Positions 40,301 through 54,075 of a stretch of DNA of 64,000 nt are shown here, one piece after another. The stretch is taken from contig OZ176054.1 in the NCBI GenBank assembly GCA_964247055.1, forward strand, positions 5,146,001 through 5,210,000, given 5' to 3'. The notes under the pieces are model-generated. The model was not told where the DNA came from. It worked only from the letters and a program-made list of their open reading frames with translations, and did not search any database. Within the stretch, counting starts at the first letter, position 1. Each line of letters starts with the position of its first letter. Origin of the DNA: Paragordius varius (lineage: Eukaryota; Animalia; Nematomorpha). A program made the position numbers and the translations under genes.

Positions 40301-40959
40301 AATATTTTTTAAGAGATTCGCATCAAGGTAGTTTTAAGTAATTAAATGGAAAAAAATGTTTCGAATAAAATTTCATATCAAAATTTTTTACTTAGAATAA
40401 GTAGACGATGCACTAAAGGATGAACCGGATCGAGATATAGATTGTTTAACGTTGGGGCTTGGTGAGTGTCGATGAGCGTTTCTTTTATTATGAGGTCTAT
40501 TGACAATTAAAAAAGGAAATATTGAATTATTTTATTAATCATAATTAAAAAACATTAGAATATTTTCATCTTCATATTATAAACTATATAAAAATTTTAC
40601 AAATAAAAAGTAGCGTAACCCAATATAAACAGTGTTGCTAAACTAAATACGGGTTTGAGTAAATAAAATACATAAAATTTTAATAAATTAATGAAGTACC
40701 GATCAAAGCTCTTTCGATGACCTTTTCCATCCTTTCTATCGTAATCTGTCCTATGTTTATCACGATACCTGTCTGGTCCACGGGGCGGTAAATATAAATT
40801 CTTTTTTAATTTCGCCTTTTCATTCATTTCATCTTCATCGTCAGCTGTAAAAGCTCTATTAAATCGAGCTTTGTATTCAGGCAAATGTTTCCCGGCTCGG
40901 GTGTACCTACCTCCAAATTGACCCGGTCCTGGAAACTGTTTACCAATGCTAAATGAACG

Positions 40960-41014
<55 letters not shown>

Positions 41015-41700
41015 TTAATATTGTAATAAATTTAACATTGATAACATACGGATTCTTTGATGGTATTGGTTCCTTACTCCAATCTTTTGTCCACACAGTT
41101 CCGTCTTGAAATGCTTTGGCTATGATCTCTTTAACTTTATTTAATAGATCTGTATCTTTTAATGTGGTTAGGCATTTGTTGACATATGCTCTTAAAGAAG
41201 GGGGGTAATTATTCACATCATTTCTGAATATAAAATATATATTGTAACGTTATTGTCATATATAGGAGATAAATTATTTATATAATCCTTACCTTTGCCT
41301 AACATCATTTAAAGTGGTTTGAAATTTAACTGAAGCTTTTAACATATTAATATTGAACTTGGAGATGCTTGAACCATAATCATTGGAATCAGCATCTAAA
41401 AAATAACCATTTTTATACTTGTCTCTTGAATGGTAGAAACTTGTGGCAAGCCTTTCGTATCAGTGTATAAAGATAAGGGTTTAGTATCTCCAGCTGTGGT
41501 CGCAAAGGGCGTCTAAATATTATAAAACATATTACCATTCCAAAGGCACCTGGATACATCATCATTGGAAACATAATTGGTGGAGCGGTAGCAACGCCTT
41601 CTGTATAATTAAAACTCTGCTTAGGAGGTTTCTTTTCTTCCTTGCTCTTCATCGCTTCCAAAGCTTTCATAGCCGCTTCCCATTCTGGTTTATTTTCCAT
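37394..41700 (-). CDS. LENG8: LENG8/THP3-like protein (SAC3/GANP/THP3 domain), about 16 exons
   Basis: N-terminal [13 protein letters not shown] (cf. LENG8 ENPEWEKARQAL); [27 protein letters not shown]; RS-rich linker; [25 protein letters not shown]; [16 protein letters not shown]; [29 protein letters not shown]; [10 protein letters not shown]; [13 protein letters not shown]; ELAF. Exons: 41700-41536, [41512-41419], 41395-41293, 41223-41050, 40948-40700, 40496-40392, 40289-40186, 40120-40018, 39812-39739, 39653-39620, 39550-39412 (or 39421), 39210-39112, 39042-38908, 38773-38572, 38090-37880, 37559-37394. The bracketed exon is model-dependent (see findings). Confidence 0.92.
40963..41012. repeat. 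(AT)25 microsatellite making up half of a 101-nt LENG8 intron
   Basis: A 50-nt perfect AT run inside intron 40949-41049, 14 nt from the acceptor. Confidence 0.9.
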
Positions 41701-42972
41701 TTTAGGTATTCAGACGATTATTTGTCACAAACTATCCAATCAAAATATTCAATATGCTAAAATATTATGGAAAAAATTAAAATAAAAACCTATTTTTAAA
41801 ATAATAATTGAGCTAAAATTAAAATATTTATATTTAAAAACAAAATTTTGAATTATAAGAAAGAGTTTTTCAAAAAAATCTGAGATAAAAAAATGTTACA
41901 TTATCGCTTTATATAGAAAAAGTATTCAATATCTTTACAAATTTTTATACCATTTCCACCTAGCATCGATGCAGTAATACCTTCATTTTTATTTTTTAAA
42001 AATTAAATTTACATGAGCATTGAACTTTTTTATCTTGTAATTTAGCATGATTAATGTGGGCTCCATAAATAAGCGACTTTTGGAACCTATGCATTAAATT
42101 TTACTAATACACCATACACACAGTGCGCTTAAAAAGCATCCTGAAGAAATATGCACTGATACCTAAATGAGTCAAGAGTTTATGTTTTGGTATTGGTTGT
42201 ATAAATAAATATTTAAGCTTAAGAGGTAATGGTTTCATATATAAAAATGGCAATTTTGTAAAAATAATTTTTGGCCAAATCTAATATATAAAATTCTTTC
42301 TGTAAACGATAGAATAAAGTTTGTATTTTGAGATATTGTCCCAAATAGTGTCAAGTTTTTGTCTTAAGCTAGTTTATTAGCACTTTACTATTTCACTTTC
42401 CTGCCCTAGTCTTTTTGGGGTAGATAGATCTCAATTTGGTACAGAAACCATAGCTTAATTAAAACTAAATTATCAAAAATTCTCTTTTTGAAAAAAGCTT
42501 ATTACAGATTTGTGACTTCTCGTGTCTAATATTGGAACAACTCCAAAACAGGGCCTAAATAACCTTTCTCAATTTGCTAAGCTTAACTTACAAGTCAAGT
42601 GCAACTTTCTATCACATCACTCTTTATTTAAAGATCGATATGCGCAAATTTTGCCATTTTCTGATATGAACTTGTTGTTGTAGCTAAGATCGGGTTTGAT
42701 TTGTCGCTTTGTAAGTGTAGTTACGCCAGCTTGTACGGTGAGGTGTGATGGATACCACATATTGCATTACGCATATTATATCTGCTACGTTGTTTTGAGC
42801 CTTCTTTTGCCCGACATAAACTGATACTAGTTTTTTGGCTCTAGTGATGTGGCCAAATTAAGAGATTTTCATTTAAAGTCAGTTATTAATTTTATCTTCC
42901 TAATGTATCAGTACCAGTTTTCCTGAAAAATTGCTACAGATATGGAGCAGTTACCTCAATTAAATAACTTGA

Positions 42973-45050
42973 CACTTCGATTCAAATTGGGGTATTTAAA
43001 TATAATTGGTATTCTTAAAAAACTAACGAATAGAATAGCCCTAATTTAAATTTATGCTTCTAGCCATAAATATTATATAATTTAACCAAAAAAATCTAAA
43101 TAAAATATAGTTTTGAAAAGAAAATTTATCTCGGATTGATTGGCGCCAGAATTATTTTTGATTTTTTTTACAGAATACATATTTTTTAAGTGAATAATCA
43201 AACTTCCTGTAAAGGTATCATTTAAAATTTTCCGTTACAAAGCATTTATTTTTTTGTAATGGAAGAATTTTATAGTTTTGATATTAGCAAAGATTATTCG
43301 AGCGATAATGTGGAGAGTGACTCCTCATCTTCGGAGTCAGGTATAAAATTTATTTAAATTTCAATATAATCGAAAATCTAGCTTATTCAAAATTAATTGT
43401 TTGGATTAAACACTTAAATTCTATTAAATCAAGCAATCCACATAATCCGTTTTATCCCCGGGTTCAATCAGAAAACTGGATTAATTTGAATATAGAGGAA
43501 TTTGATGCCTTTTAGGTATATTATCCATATACAAATTTAGGTATCTTGATTATGGGCGTTTTGGATGAAATCAGTAAAAAAAGTTGCCTAAATCCGCAAG
43601 AAAAACAAAAAATCTTAACAAAATCATCCTTTTCGGCTTTTATGTAGGGAATTTAGGAACGCAATAATAATAATGTGCCAAAAAGTATGTATTAATATAT
43701 TATATAAGGTGCTATTTGCGTCCAAGATCTGTTGACAAAAAACCGTTATATTTTGCCAAGTATGCCATAATCCGGTGTGCAAAAACCACAGAAAAACAAT
43801 CATTTATTGCTAATTTTTATTATTGACTTTTTTGTTTTTATAAAACGTTAATTCATGAGCTAAGTTTATCTCTAATTGGTGTTGAACGAGATCCTCTTGA
43901 TTGTTTGCAATATAATGCCAATAAATATTACATATTTTGAGAATAACATATAACAATTATTATAACCAATTTTGACAAATCTGATTATCATAACAGGCCA
44001 ATCTAACGTCATACCTCTATGTGTTTTAAAATAATTTTTAATACGCCTTGATGTAAGTTGAGACAAAACAACAAGGGTAACTTCAGCACTTTTGAATCGA
44101 ATTTCAAAGAGATGCGTATGATAATCAAAACCAAATAAATTTTAAGGAAAGGTTTAAAATTGAGAAAAATTGCAATATTTAAACAATCACAAAAAAATAA
44201 TTTAATAATTCATGGCATTTAAATAGAGATGCCCGGGCCGCGGTTTGAGTTTCACTAATCTATAATCGATTTACTTCTAGAAAGCAAAAAGCAAGTTTTT
44301 ATTTATTTTGAAAGATGAACAAAGAATAAGTAAATATACATAATTATATAAAGCATTAAATATTAACGATCTTGTTCGGTAGAATTATTCTGAGAGATCA
44401 AGATTTTAATAAATTTGTTGACCAATTGATAAAACCATATATATGATTCTGATTCTTTCATGTTTTAACACTTGGATACAACACACTCATTTTAGTCCTT
44501 CGATTCAAATTGGGGTAGTTGGATACCCCAGGACTATTCATAATCAAATACTTTTAAAAGTATGGAAGGAATCGAAACAATGACAAAATTTTGCACTTAT
44601 ATAACATTAATAAACCGAAATATATAAAAAAATTTATTTAAAAATACTTGATATTACTTATTTCGAGCTAAAACCGAAAGGTAAAAATTTCGTCAACGTG
44701 ACATGTGTCAAATTTTAAATTTAAAAAATGATATAAAATAAACCGCTTTTTCTATTTCTTTAAATGTTAGATGTAATTTATATAAATAAATAGCTTTAGT
44801 TTTATTCTTAAAATTAAATGAAGACGATATTTTGCAAAAATTTTGTAAAATAAAAATGGCGTCGAAGTAGTTTGAGATGGAACTTTTTTTTAAAAACAAA
44901 ATTTCATTAAGATTTTTTGGCATATTTATATAATATTTATCAGGATAGAAGCATAAATTTAAATTGGGACCGTTTCCTTTAGTAGTTTTTTAAAAATTTT
45001 AATTTAAATTTAGTCTGGGGTATTTAGATACCCCAATTTGAATCGAAGTG
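42973..45050 (+). mobile_element. Internally deleted piggyBac-like element
   Basis: TIRs CACTTCGATTCAAATTGGGGTA / TACCCCAATTTGAATCGAAGTG, flanked by TTGA and TTAA (a decayed TTAA target). On the + strand there is an acidic N-terminal relic (SDNVESDSSSSES, about 43300) and a frameshifted piggyBac Cys-rich C-terminal domain RCYL.PRSVDKK...CQVCHNPVCKNH (43708-43810). An extra TIR copy sits at about 44495. Confidence 0.75.
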
Positions 45051-47599
45051 TTAATACTATTGTGTAGTAAACCTAAATATAAAATTTACTTCAGGAGTTA
45101 TGTGGAATGTTTTCAATTAAGCAAATCTATTTACAAAATTTATAAGATTACTTTTATTTTGTTTCTCGAGCTACAATAACTGTCCAATTATATAAGGATT
45201 TCAAATATATGTCTTTATAAGCCTATAAATTAAAAAAATTTTAAATATGTTTTCATTCTGTTATGGCGATGCCCAATATAAATAATAGATATTTGTAATT
45301 CGATTGTCTGAAGCATGTATAGACTTGAATTAAAATGGAAATTTCCTGTTTTAGTTATTTAGGGATTAATAAATATAAATTAAGGGATATAACTTTACAA
45401 CAATAGGTACTTAGTAAATTATTTGCTTTTCAAAAGCCTGGAAATAGGACTCTAATACAGCAGATTTCAATATTTACAAATGTCCAACTGTTTATAAGGC
45501 ATGTTTTCAAGCAATCCGGTTTTACTCCCACCAAATTAATAAGCCACCTGATGAAATATATTAATTCTATTAAAAAATGCATCAGGATTATCATGGTGGT
45601 CCTTACGAGTGATTTAAGAAAGTTATTTAGACTTTTGTGGTAGGTGCTCCATACCAGAAAATGAAAATAATTTGGGCACATTTTTTAAAAAAAAATTAAG
45701 TAAAAGCTAAATGCTTCATTCCAAAAAATTTCACTACAATATATGAAATTTCATATAAAAAGCAAAATATATTTTTCGTGAAAGCTGAATGCTTCGTCTC
45801 AAAAAATATCACTAAAATTTATCATACACTACAAATAAAAAGTAAAATAATATAATAAAATTTTAATTTTTAGACCTGGGCTCCGAATGTTGTATAATTT
45901 TTCGCCCTTTTAAAATTTGATTTCTAAAAATGAACGCCAAAACAAGATGCAAAAAAATTTTTAATACATGATATATATGATGCTAAAAAAATATTTTTTA
46001 AAAAATGACTTGGCCCAAAAATTTATTATTTAATAGCAAAATAATTTGCTATTTTTAAATATAAAAAAAACAACGTAAAACACCTTTCTCTATAAGTATT
46101 CTAAGTTCAGTTTACCTCAGAAATATAAAGTTTTATTTCAAATTTGGAATATTTGTAAAAAACAATTTATATTTAACATTAGTTTAAAAAAACTAATATT
46201 TTTATCAAAATTCTGACGCAGTAAAGTTTATGATCGACTTATATAAAAAAAAGTGTTTTTACAATATTTCAAAGCGTTTTATACCGTTTCCATTTGCTTC
46301 AAATTAGCAACCTTACGGAAATTTCAGGAATATTTAATAAACTATGCAATTTCTAAAATTATTTATTTTTAATGCTATAATCTATCTATAATGTATTAGA
46401 ATTCTTTTAGCAAAATTTCGTTTATTTTAAGAGAAGTAGCCTATGTAAGAAAGGCCAAAAAAATTTGGAATGTTGGAACCCATATCTAGAAAATGAACAT
46501 TTATGAATAGTGTTTTGTCTTTTATAGTAGTTTATGATTTATTTTGACCATATTTTTTGGAATGAAGTTAGCTTTCACACAAAAATATTTATTTGATAAA
46601 ATATGAAATTTTGCCATTATCTGATATGGAATATCACAAAACTGAAAATAATATTCTTAAATCATTCATAAGGGCCGAAATCAAAAGCACCATGATAATC
46701 CTGAAACATATTTATCAGAATATATATATTATCAGCATATTTTTAACACCCCTTCCCGATTTTGGACGCAGTGTAATCTATATATATTCTATTAGCTATT
46801 ATAAAATCCAAAAAGATGAAGATTATTACAATTTCTCATTTTCTATTTTTTGCAAATTAAAAGGCCTAAGAAAGCTTATTTCTATTGATTCAATACTTTA
46901 AATAATTTTTAAGATATTGTACTGGGTATACAACCTACGAAAGTCAAAAATGTCAAAAATATGTTTTATGAAAAATGCATACCTTATTAAAAAAATTTTA
47001 CAGTATAATGATGAACCCTATTTTATCGTATTTCAGTGGATTGTTAAAAACAAAAACACTTTAAGATATATAATAACAATTATTGTATTATTAACACAAA
47101 ATCAAAGCGGTTAAAACAATATTAACGAGATAAATATATAGCAAATAATAATCAGGTGCTTGTGGTTTTGGAGCTTGAGAGTATAGAAAGTTATTTGCAC
47201 TTTTTACTTGCTGGATATCGATAAATCCCAAAATGCGCACTTTATGTTTAATAAAAAGTTTGTATAAAATCTAGCTGTATTCGAATGAATATCATTAAAA
47301 TATATGTATGATACTCTATATTTGAAATGGAATTAATGTTCTTATATTATGGGTTGCTCCAAAAGTTTCTAAATTTTTGCCCCCTTTGGGTTAGTTTTCT
47401 TAAAATAACGCAAAAATGCCTAGATTTTGCCATAATTTTATAGTATTTGTAGATTATGAACAATTTTAAAAAAAGCTTACTTTGTTCAATTAAATTTTTA
47501 GCTTTATTTATTAATGCGGACTTCATATTATGAGGTATGATATAGAAACGTAATAAAAAACCCTTATATATATTCCGATGATGCTATATTTCTTTATAA

Positions 47600-48674
47600 T
47601 ATATATATTTATAAAAATGGAAAATGCTGGCTTTGTGTGGTACAGGAAAACCGGTAGACCCATTCAAATCCAAACTTCGAAAAAAAATAATCATTAATGA
47701 ACGCCCTGACAATAGCTTCGCCCTTTTTTTTGAAATAGGCCAACAGTTCGGGCCCACCCCGTGTGAAAAACGGGTTTTTTTATTTTAAAAAATCCACAAA
47801 AATCGTGTCTTGACAATTTTGTGGAGAACGTGTTGGTCCATTCTATTTCAAATATGATTTTTGTTTACTTATTTTCGATTGTGCCGAACATAGTCGAGTC
47901 ACTTTTTTGATTTAGGCCCTCTTTTTACCCACTCCCCCCGTAAAATGCCATTTTTCAAAAAACAAAGTCCACAAAAATAATTTTTTAAATCTATTTTTCG
48001 CCCTAGGTATGAGACCGTAAAAATTCCATATGGATTCCACGTATTCCCTGTAGGCAAAAATTTTAGTCAGGCGTTTCTTTGATGATAGCTGCTGGGTAAG
48101 GAGCTACCCGCTAAAAACTGATTCCTCATGTAACTTTGTGATCTGTTTCTGGAAAATCGGTGAACCCAATCAAATCCAAATATCGAAAAAATATAATCAT
48201 TAATGAATGCCCCGACAATAGCTTCGCCCTTTTTTGGAATTAGGTCCCCAGTTCGGGCCTACCCCTTGCGAAAAATGGGTTAAGTCTATTTTTTGGAGAA
48301 CGTGTTGGACCATTCAATTTCAAATATGATTTTTGTTTACTTATTTTTGATCGCGCTTAACATAGTCGACTCTTTTTTTTGATTTAGGTCCTCTTTTTAC
48401 CCGCTACCCCCGTAAAATGCCATTTTTTTTCAAAAAAAACAAAGTCCACAAAAATATTTTTTTGATTGTATTTTTTTGCTCAAGGTATGAGACTGTAAAA
48501 ATTCGAGAAGGATTTTTCGTATTGCCTGTTAAAAGGCAAAAATTTTAGTCAAGCGTTTCTTTGATGATAGCTGCTGAGTAAGGAGCTACCCGCTAAAAAC
48601 TGATTCCTCATGTAACTTTGTGATCTGGTATACCGGAAAACCGGTAGACCCATTCAAACCAAACTTCGAAACCC
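47600..48674 (+). mobile_element. Non-autonomous Helitron, copy 3: two tandem units plus a partial, truncated before the 3' hairpins
   Basis: 5' end TATATATATTTATAAAAATGGAAAATGCTGGCTTTGTG (TC mutated to TA). A-type unit from about 47630, B-type unit from about 48131, partial unit from about 48612. It ends at aaacttcgaaaccc, exactly where copy 2 enters its terminal hairpins. Confidence 0.8.
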
Positions 48675-50367
48675 TACATTCGTTTTCAATTATATGTTTG
48701 TTAAATATAAATTATGTTTTAACAAAATTTTACTTAAAAAAGCATCCCTTTATTGTTTTTATAATTTCTACCATGCTTTAATACTATAAAATTGCTCTAA
48801 ATTAAATTTAAAATATCCATTTTTTCGGAATATCTTTGATGGCAAAATTTGGATTTAATCAAAAATTTATGTCGCAATCTCACTTTTCGCCTTTGTTTTA
48901 GAACTTGCCTTCGTAGGTCCAAAAATTTGAGACTTTCTGAGATTACAATTATTAAAAGTTTTTTTTTATTAAGTTGATGATTTAGTATGTTAGTACTAAC
49001 CTTTACAAATATTAAACCAAATGTGCGAAAATTTTATCGTTTTTGCTATGGTGCAGTTACCATAAAAATGGTTACTATATTACTCATACGACTCAACGAA
49101 AAATACTGATACATTTATCCCAGATTATTATATTTCATCATAATTGTTTTCATAGTTTGTGATTCAATGACGCTATACATTCTACCCAGATATTTGGACG
49201 GGTGTTCGTCTTTAAATGTCACTAAATTTTTTACATAAAAAACATTTTATATTTAATTGATAAGAAAAACAAATTCTTTATTCCTAAATTTTGAGGTGAT
49301 GAACTGTTCAAAGAATGTATTTAAATTAGCTTACACGATTTTATACCAATTTTACCATGCTATAAAATATCATAAAATATGGTTCTTCTGAATTTTGCTT
49401 AAGATTAAATCTATTAACAAAGATGCATTTTTCAAAAATAGTTTTTTGGTATCATCTACACATTAAAAATTCTTAACGGATTTTTTGTGGTTTAATCTTA
49501 TGGAAGAAGCAAAGAAACATGAACCTATATCTAAAAATAAAATTTATTTTTTAATATAGTATATTTTGTGTATTGTTAATTTAATTTAGCATAATGCACG
49601 CACATGCGATTTTTTGATATAGAGTGATAACAAAAGTGTATTTTCTTATATTACCTCTTAAGGCTGTCAAAAGCACCATGAGAGTCTTGATACATTAGAA
49701 TATATTATCAAGATATATATGATACATCTCAAATTTGTCCACGTGTTTTTAATGATTTTTGAAAAATGAAATTAAAAATATAATATAAATAATTTGTAAT
49801 CGCAAAGTTAATCAAATTTTTAATCAATCCGTTCGCAATCAAACTCCACATTTTCAATCACACTCATTTTACCAATCATAATCAACACTTTTTTATTCAA
49901 ACTAACATTTATATAAAAACTAAACTTTTGTTTAACAAAAATAGATATAATCTTTAAAATACTTCGATGCCATTTTATTTTATAACATTTTTAAAAAAAT
50001 CGTGTTTATTTGATTTTAAGGCTAAATTATGTTTACTTTTTTATTTATATCACAAGTAAACATTAATAAGCAGAAAAAGTGGTATATTTTGCATTATTTT
50101 TATATTTATTAACTAATGCACACATTTATGGTGGCTTTATTTTTACCTTCAAAAATCATTGTTATACATATCATCTCTTTTTTTTCTCTACTCCTTGGTG
50201 CCTAATTATTTTATTTTTTGCTAGCCTAGCCATAATTTCTTTATATTCTTTTATGATTGCTAGACAGAGTGAAATATTAATATTTATAATTTATCCAAAT
50301 TAACAACATTTATAAAGATTACTCTTTAATTTTATTTATTATTCTAGATATTTATTTTTTTTGTAAA

Positions 50368-53218
50368 GAGGGTAAGTGAGAGGAATGGCAAACCACCCTC
50401 GTTTATTACTGCCAAAAAATAGTTTTACTATATGAACTTAACGCGACTTTTCAAAGTTGGATGCTGGAACGTACGTTCCTTAACAGAAACCAAACAGGTG
50501 ATAATTGAAAAGGAAATGGAAAGATTGAACTTAGATATACTGGGTCTAACGGAAACCAATCAAAAAGGTAGCGCGAAAGTACAAAACGAAAATTATACAT
50601 TGTTAAGATCGGGAAGAGATGACCAGAAATCAGAAGGCGTTGCAGTATTAATAAAAAACAAATTAAATAAAAGTCTCATTAGTTATACACCATATACACC
50701 CAGAATCATGAGTATAAGGCTGAATGCCAAGCCTCTTAAATTTACATACATAGTAGTCTATGCTCCTACGTCAAACGCTCCCAAAGAAGACATAGAGGAT
50801 TTTTATGCAACGTTGCAAATAGATTTGGATGAAACGAAGAAAGGAGATATGATTATCATAGGAGGGGATTGGAACAGCAAAGTTGGTAGAGGTAGAGTAG
50901 ATCAAATAGTTGGCCCATATGGATTGGGAGAACGAAACGAGGCCGGGGAAGCACTGATCAATTTTTGTCAAGAAAATGAGATGATGATAACCAACACAAT
51001 AGGAGGTACACATGGACCTCTCCATGTGGTAAATATAAGAACTAAATTGATTACATAATATACTCAAAAATGGAAAAGCTCTATAATCGCCAAAACAAGC
51101 AAAAGCAGCGATTGCTCTAGCGATAATGAGCTTCTAGTAATCAAAATCAAACTTAAAATAATTAAAAATAAGGTTAAACAGATATACAGATATGACACTC
51201 GGAACATTCCAAATAGTTATAGAACAGAAACAAAAGATAGATTAGAAAGATTGGACAGTGAATGTAGCTCAGAACAATTATGGGGAACGATAAAAAATGT
51301 TGTTAATGAAGTGGCAAAAGAAAAAATGCAGAGAGTAAAGAGGAAAGATAACAAATGGATATCAGAGAAGAGTTTAGAGATAGCAGAAAAGAGGAGAAAA
51401 GCTAAATAAAGAGGTGGTAATAAAATGGTAAAATTATATAACAAAGATTCTTAACGACAAACAAGGAAGGATTACGAAGATTTTCTTAATAAACAATGTC
51501 TGGAAGTGGAATTAAATAACAAAAAGGGATTAATGCAACCAATGTTCCAGAAACTGAAGCAAATGACTCATAAACCTTTTATATCATCCCAAAAGATTAA
51601 AAAAAGAATGGCACCATATTGTGCAAACAAACAGAAGTACAAGATGGAAGGAATATACCCGAAAACTCTATCAGGCTCCTCAAACAAAAGTGTTGCAATT
51701 AAAAGAAGAAGAACGTGATCCAGATATACTAAGAGAGGAGGTTGTATTAGCCTTAAAACAAATTCCTAACAACAAAGCGATGGGATTAGACAATATCCCA
51801 ATAGAGTTCATAAAAGCTATTCCTTTAGAAACGTTACACAAGTTATGTCAAAAGGTGTGGGAAACATGTGAGTGGCCAAACGACTGGACATCATCTGTAT
51901 ATCTCCCAATATACAAAAAAGGAGATGTACTACAGTGCGAGAACTATCGGAACATATCTCTTATTAGCCACGCTAGTAAGGTCTTACTAAAAGTAATACA
52001 AAACAGGATGCACAGTATCATATAGACAGAAATACCAGAAAATCAAGCCGGATTTATGAAGGGAAAAAGCACAAGAGACCATATGTCAAACATGAGAAGG
52101 ATAATGGAAACATCAAAAGAGTTCCAGAAAGAATTATACATGTGTTTTATTGATTACAGACAAGCCTTCGATTCAATTAACTCTGACTCCTTGTGGGAAA
52201 CATTAAAGTTAGTAGGGGTATCGTCTCACTTAATAAGATTGATTAGCTCTCTCTATGTAAAACAAAGAGCGATTATTAGAACATCAGCGGGGGACACAGA
52301 CGAAATACCTATCTTGAAAGGATTCACAAGGGTGTTGCTTATCCCCTTATCTGTTCAATATGTGCACAGAAATTATAATAGTTGGATGGTAAAAATATTG
52401 GAGTAAGAATAGGAGGGAGAACAATCAATAATTTAAGGTTTGCAGACGATACCACTCTTATAGCTGAAAGTGCAAATGATTTGAAGGAATTGATTGAAGT
52501 GATTCGAAAGGAAAGTTTGAGTTATGGTCTTAAGCTTAATCCTAACAAAACCTAAATATTATGTACAGGAAAAGAGCCTACAATTATTATAGAAGGAGTA
52601 GAAATAGAAATAGTTAAACAGTTAACGTTTTTGGGCGCAATAATTTCAGAGGATGGGACTTCAACTCCTGACATCAGAAAGAGAATAGGATTGGGTAGAG
52701 AAGCGATGACCAAATTAATAAAGATTTGGAAAAACAAAAGCATAGGAGTTGAAACCAAAAAAAGATTACTCTACTGTTTCGTTCTACCGGTCACCACATA
52801 TGGATGTGAGAGTTGGACTCTCAGAAAAAGGGTCAAAGAAAGGCTCATGGCTTTTGAAAGGAGCTGCTGGCGTAGGATGCTAGGATACACCTGGAAGGAT
52901 AAAATTAAGAATGGAAATCTAACTTCAGAAATAAAACCTAAAACAAACATCCTGGAGATAATTCTAAAAAGAAAGTTAACATATTTTGGTCATGTCATGC
53001 GATCGAATTCTCTGGAGAAAGATACAATGTTTGGGAAGGTAGAAGGGCAAAGGAAACGAGGCCGACCACCGATGAGGTGGTTGGATACGATAAAAGAAGA
53101 GACCAAAATGACATTGAAAGAGCTCAATATAGCGGTTAAAGATAGAAAAAAATGGAAAAAAATAGTTAAAACTATATCCAAAAAGTCGTTTGCGACTTAG
53201 GAAAAACCAACCAACCAA
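50368..53218 (+). mobile_element. Near-full-length decayed RTE-clade LINE (APE endonuclease + reverse transcriptase pseudogene)
   Basis: Endonuclease FKVGCWNVRSL..DILGLTET..YAPT..GGDWNSKVG (50432-51058). RT motifs WPNDW..PIYKKGD..CENYRNISLISHASKVLLK, DYRQAFDS and FADDTTLIAES (about 52440). C-terminus GKVEGQRKRGRPPMRWLDTI is typical of RTE. (CCAA)3 tail at 53207-53218. Multiple stops and frameshifts. Confidence 0.92.
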
Positions 53219-54075
53219 TACCTCTGAACAAGGAAAACTATGTATTGAATTATTATTTTATTTTTTGGTTATTAATGTTGAAATATTTTATATAAAACTA
53301 ACCATATCCAACGACCCCAATTTGAATCGAAGGACAATGAATGTTTTGTATCCGAGTGATAATTTATTTTTTCTTAATTTTAGTCAATTCAAAATTTGGT
53401 TTGTTTAGAACGCCTTTTTAACGGAAAATTCACCATATATATATTCAATAACAAACTCCAATGTTTAGTATTAATGCCTATTAAAAGTAAAATATTTTAA
53501 AACTATTTTTAAATGCAGTGTCAGTTAATTCTTAAGTGTTAATTTTGAAAGATAACTCATTACGATTGAAAAGTGTAGAGTTTGGTTGTAAAATGTTATG
53601 ACTGAAAAATTGTTAAGTTTTGTTGAATATGTTTAATTGAAAAAAAATGTTACTGCTATTTCCCAATTATTCAATTATTTGCAGTAAAATATATGATTGT
53701 TTTATTAAATTTTTTAAATCTTGGACAAATATTTGATATTATGCAATGCTATAAAATAACAGTTTTTAGTAAACTTATAATAATTTGATATAAATAAATT
53801 TGGTAAATACAATTTTTATAACAGGTATTAACAAGTACAATGGATAGTTTTTCAATGTTTGTATGAACCTCCAAAACAAAAAAAATACGGATGAACTTTA
53901 GTAATCACTATCAATATATATATATATATATATAAGTACCAAATATTTTATTTATTATTTGTTATTATTGTAAAATGTTAGCTTTTACCTATTTCATCAT
54001 CTTCCTTACATCCTCCATACATTCATTATCTTACAAAGGTTAAACCATATATTTTGATTGATCAATATCGTAAAA

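Noticed and set aside
45430-47114. ORFs at 45430, 46593 and 46917
   Set aside because: No recognisable motifs, mostly non-ATG starts, and they lie in AT-rich repeat debris.
50771-53408. Antisense and flanking ORFs around the LINE (50771, 51217, 52552, 52976, 52990, 53190)
   Set aside because: They are alternative-frame shadows of the RTE pseudogene.
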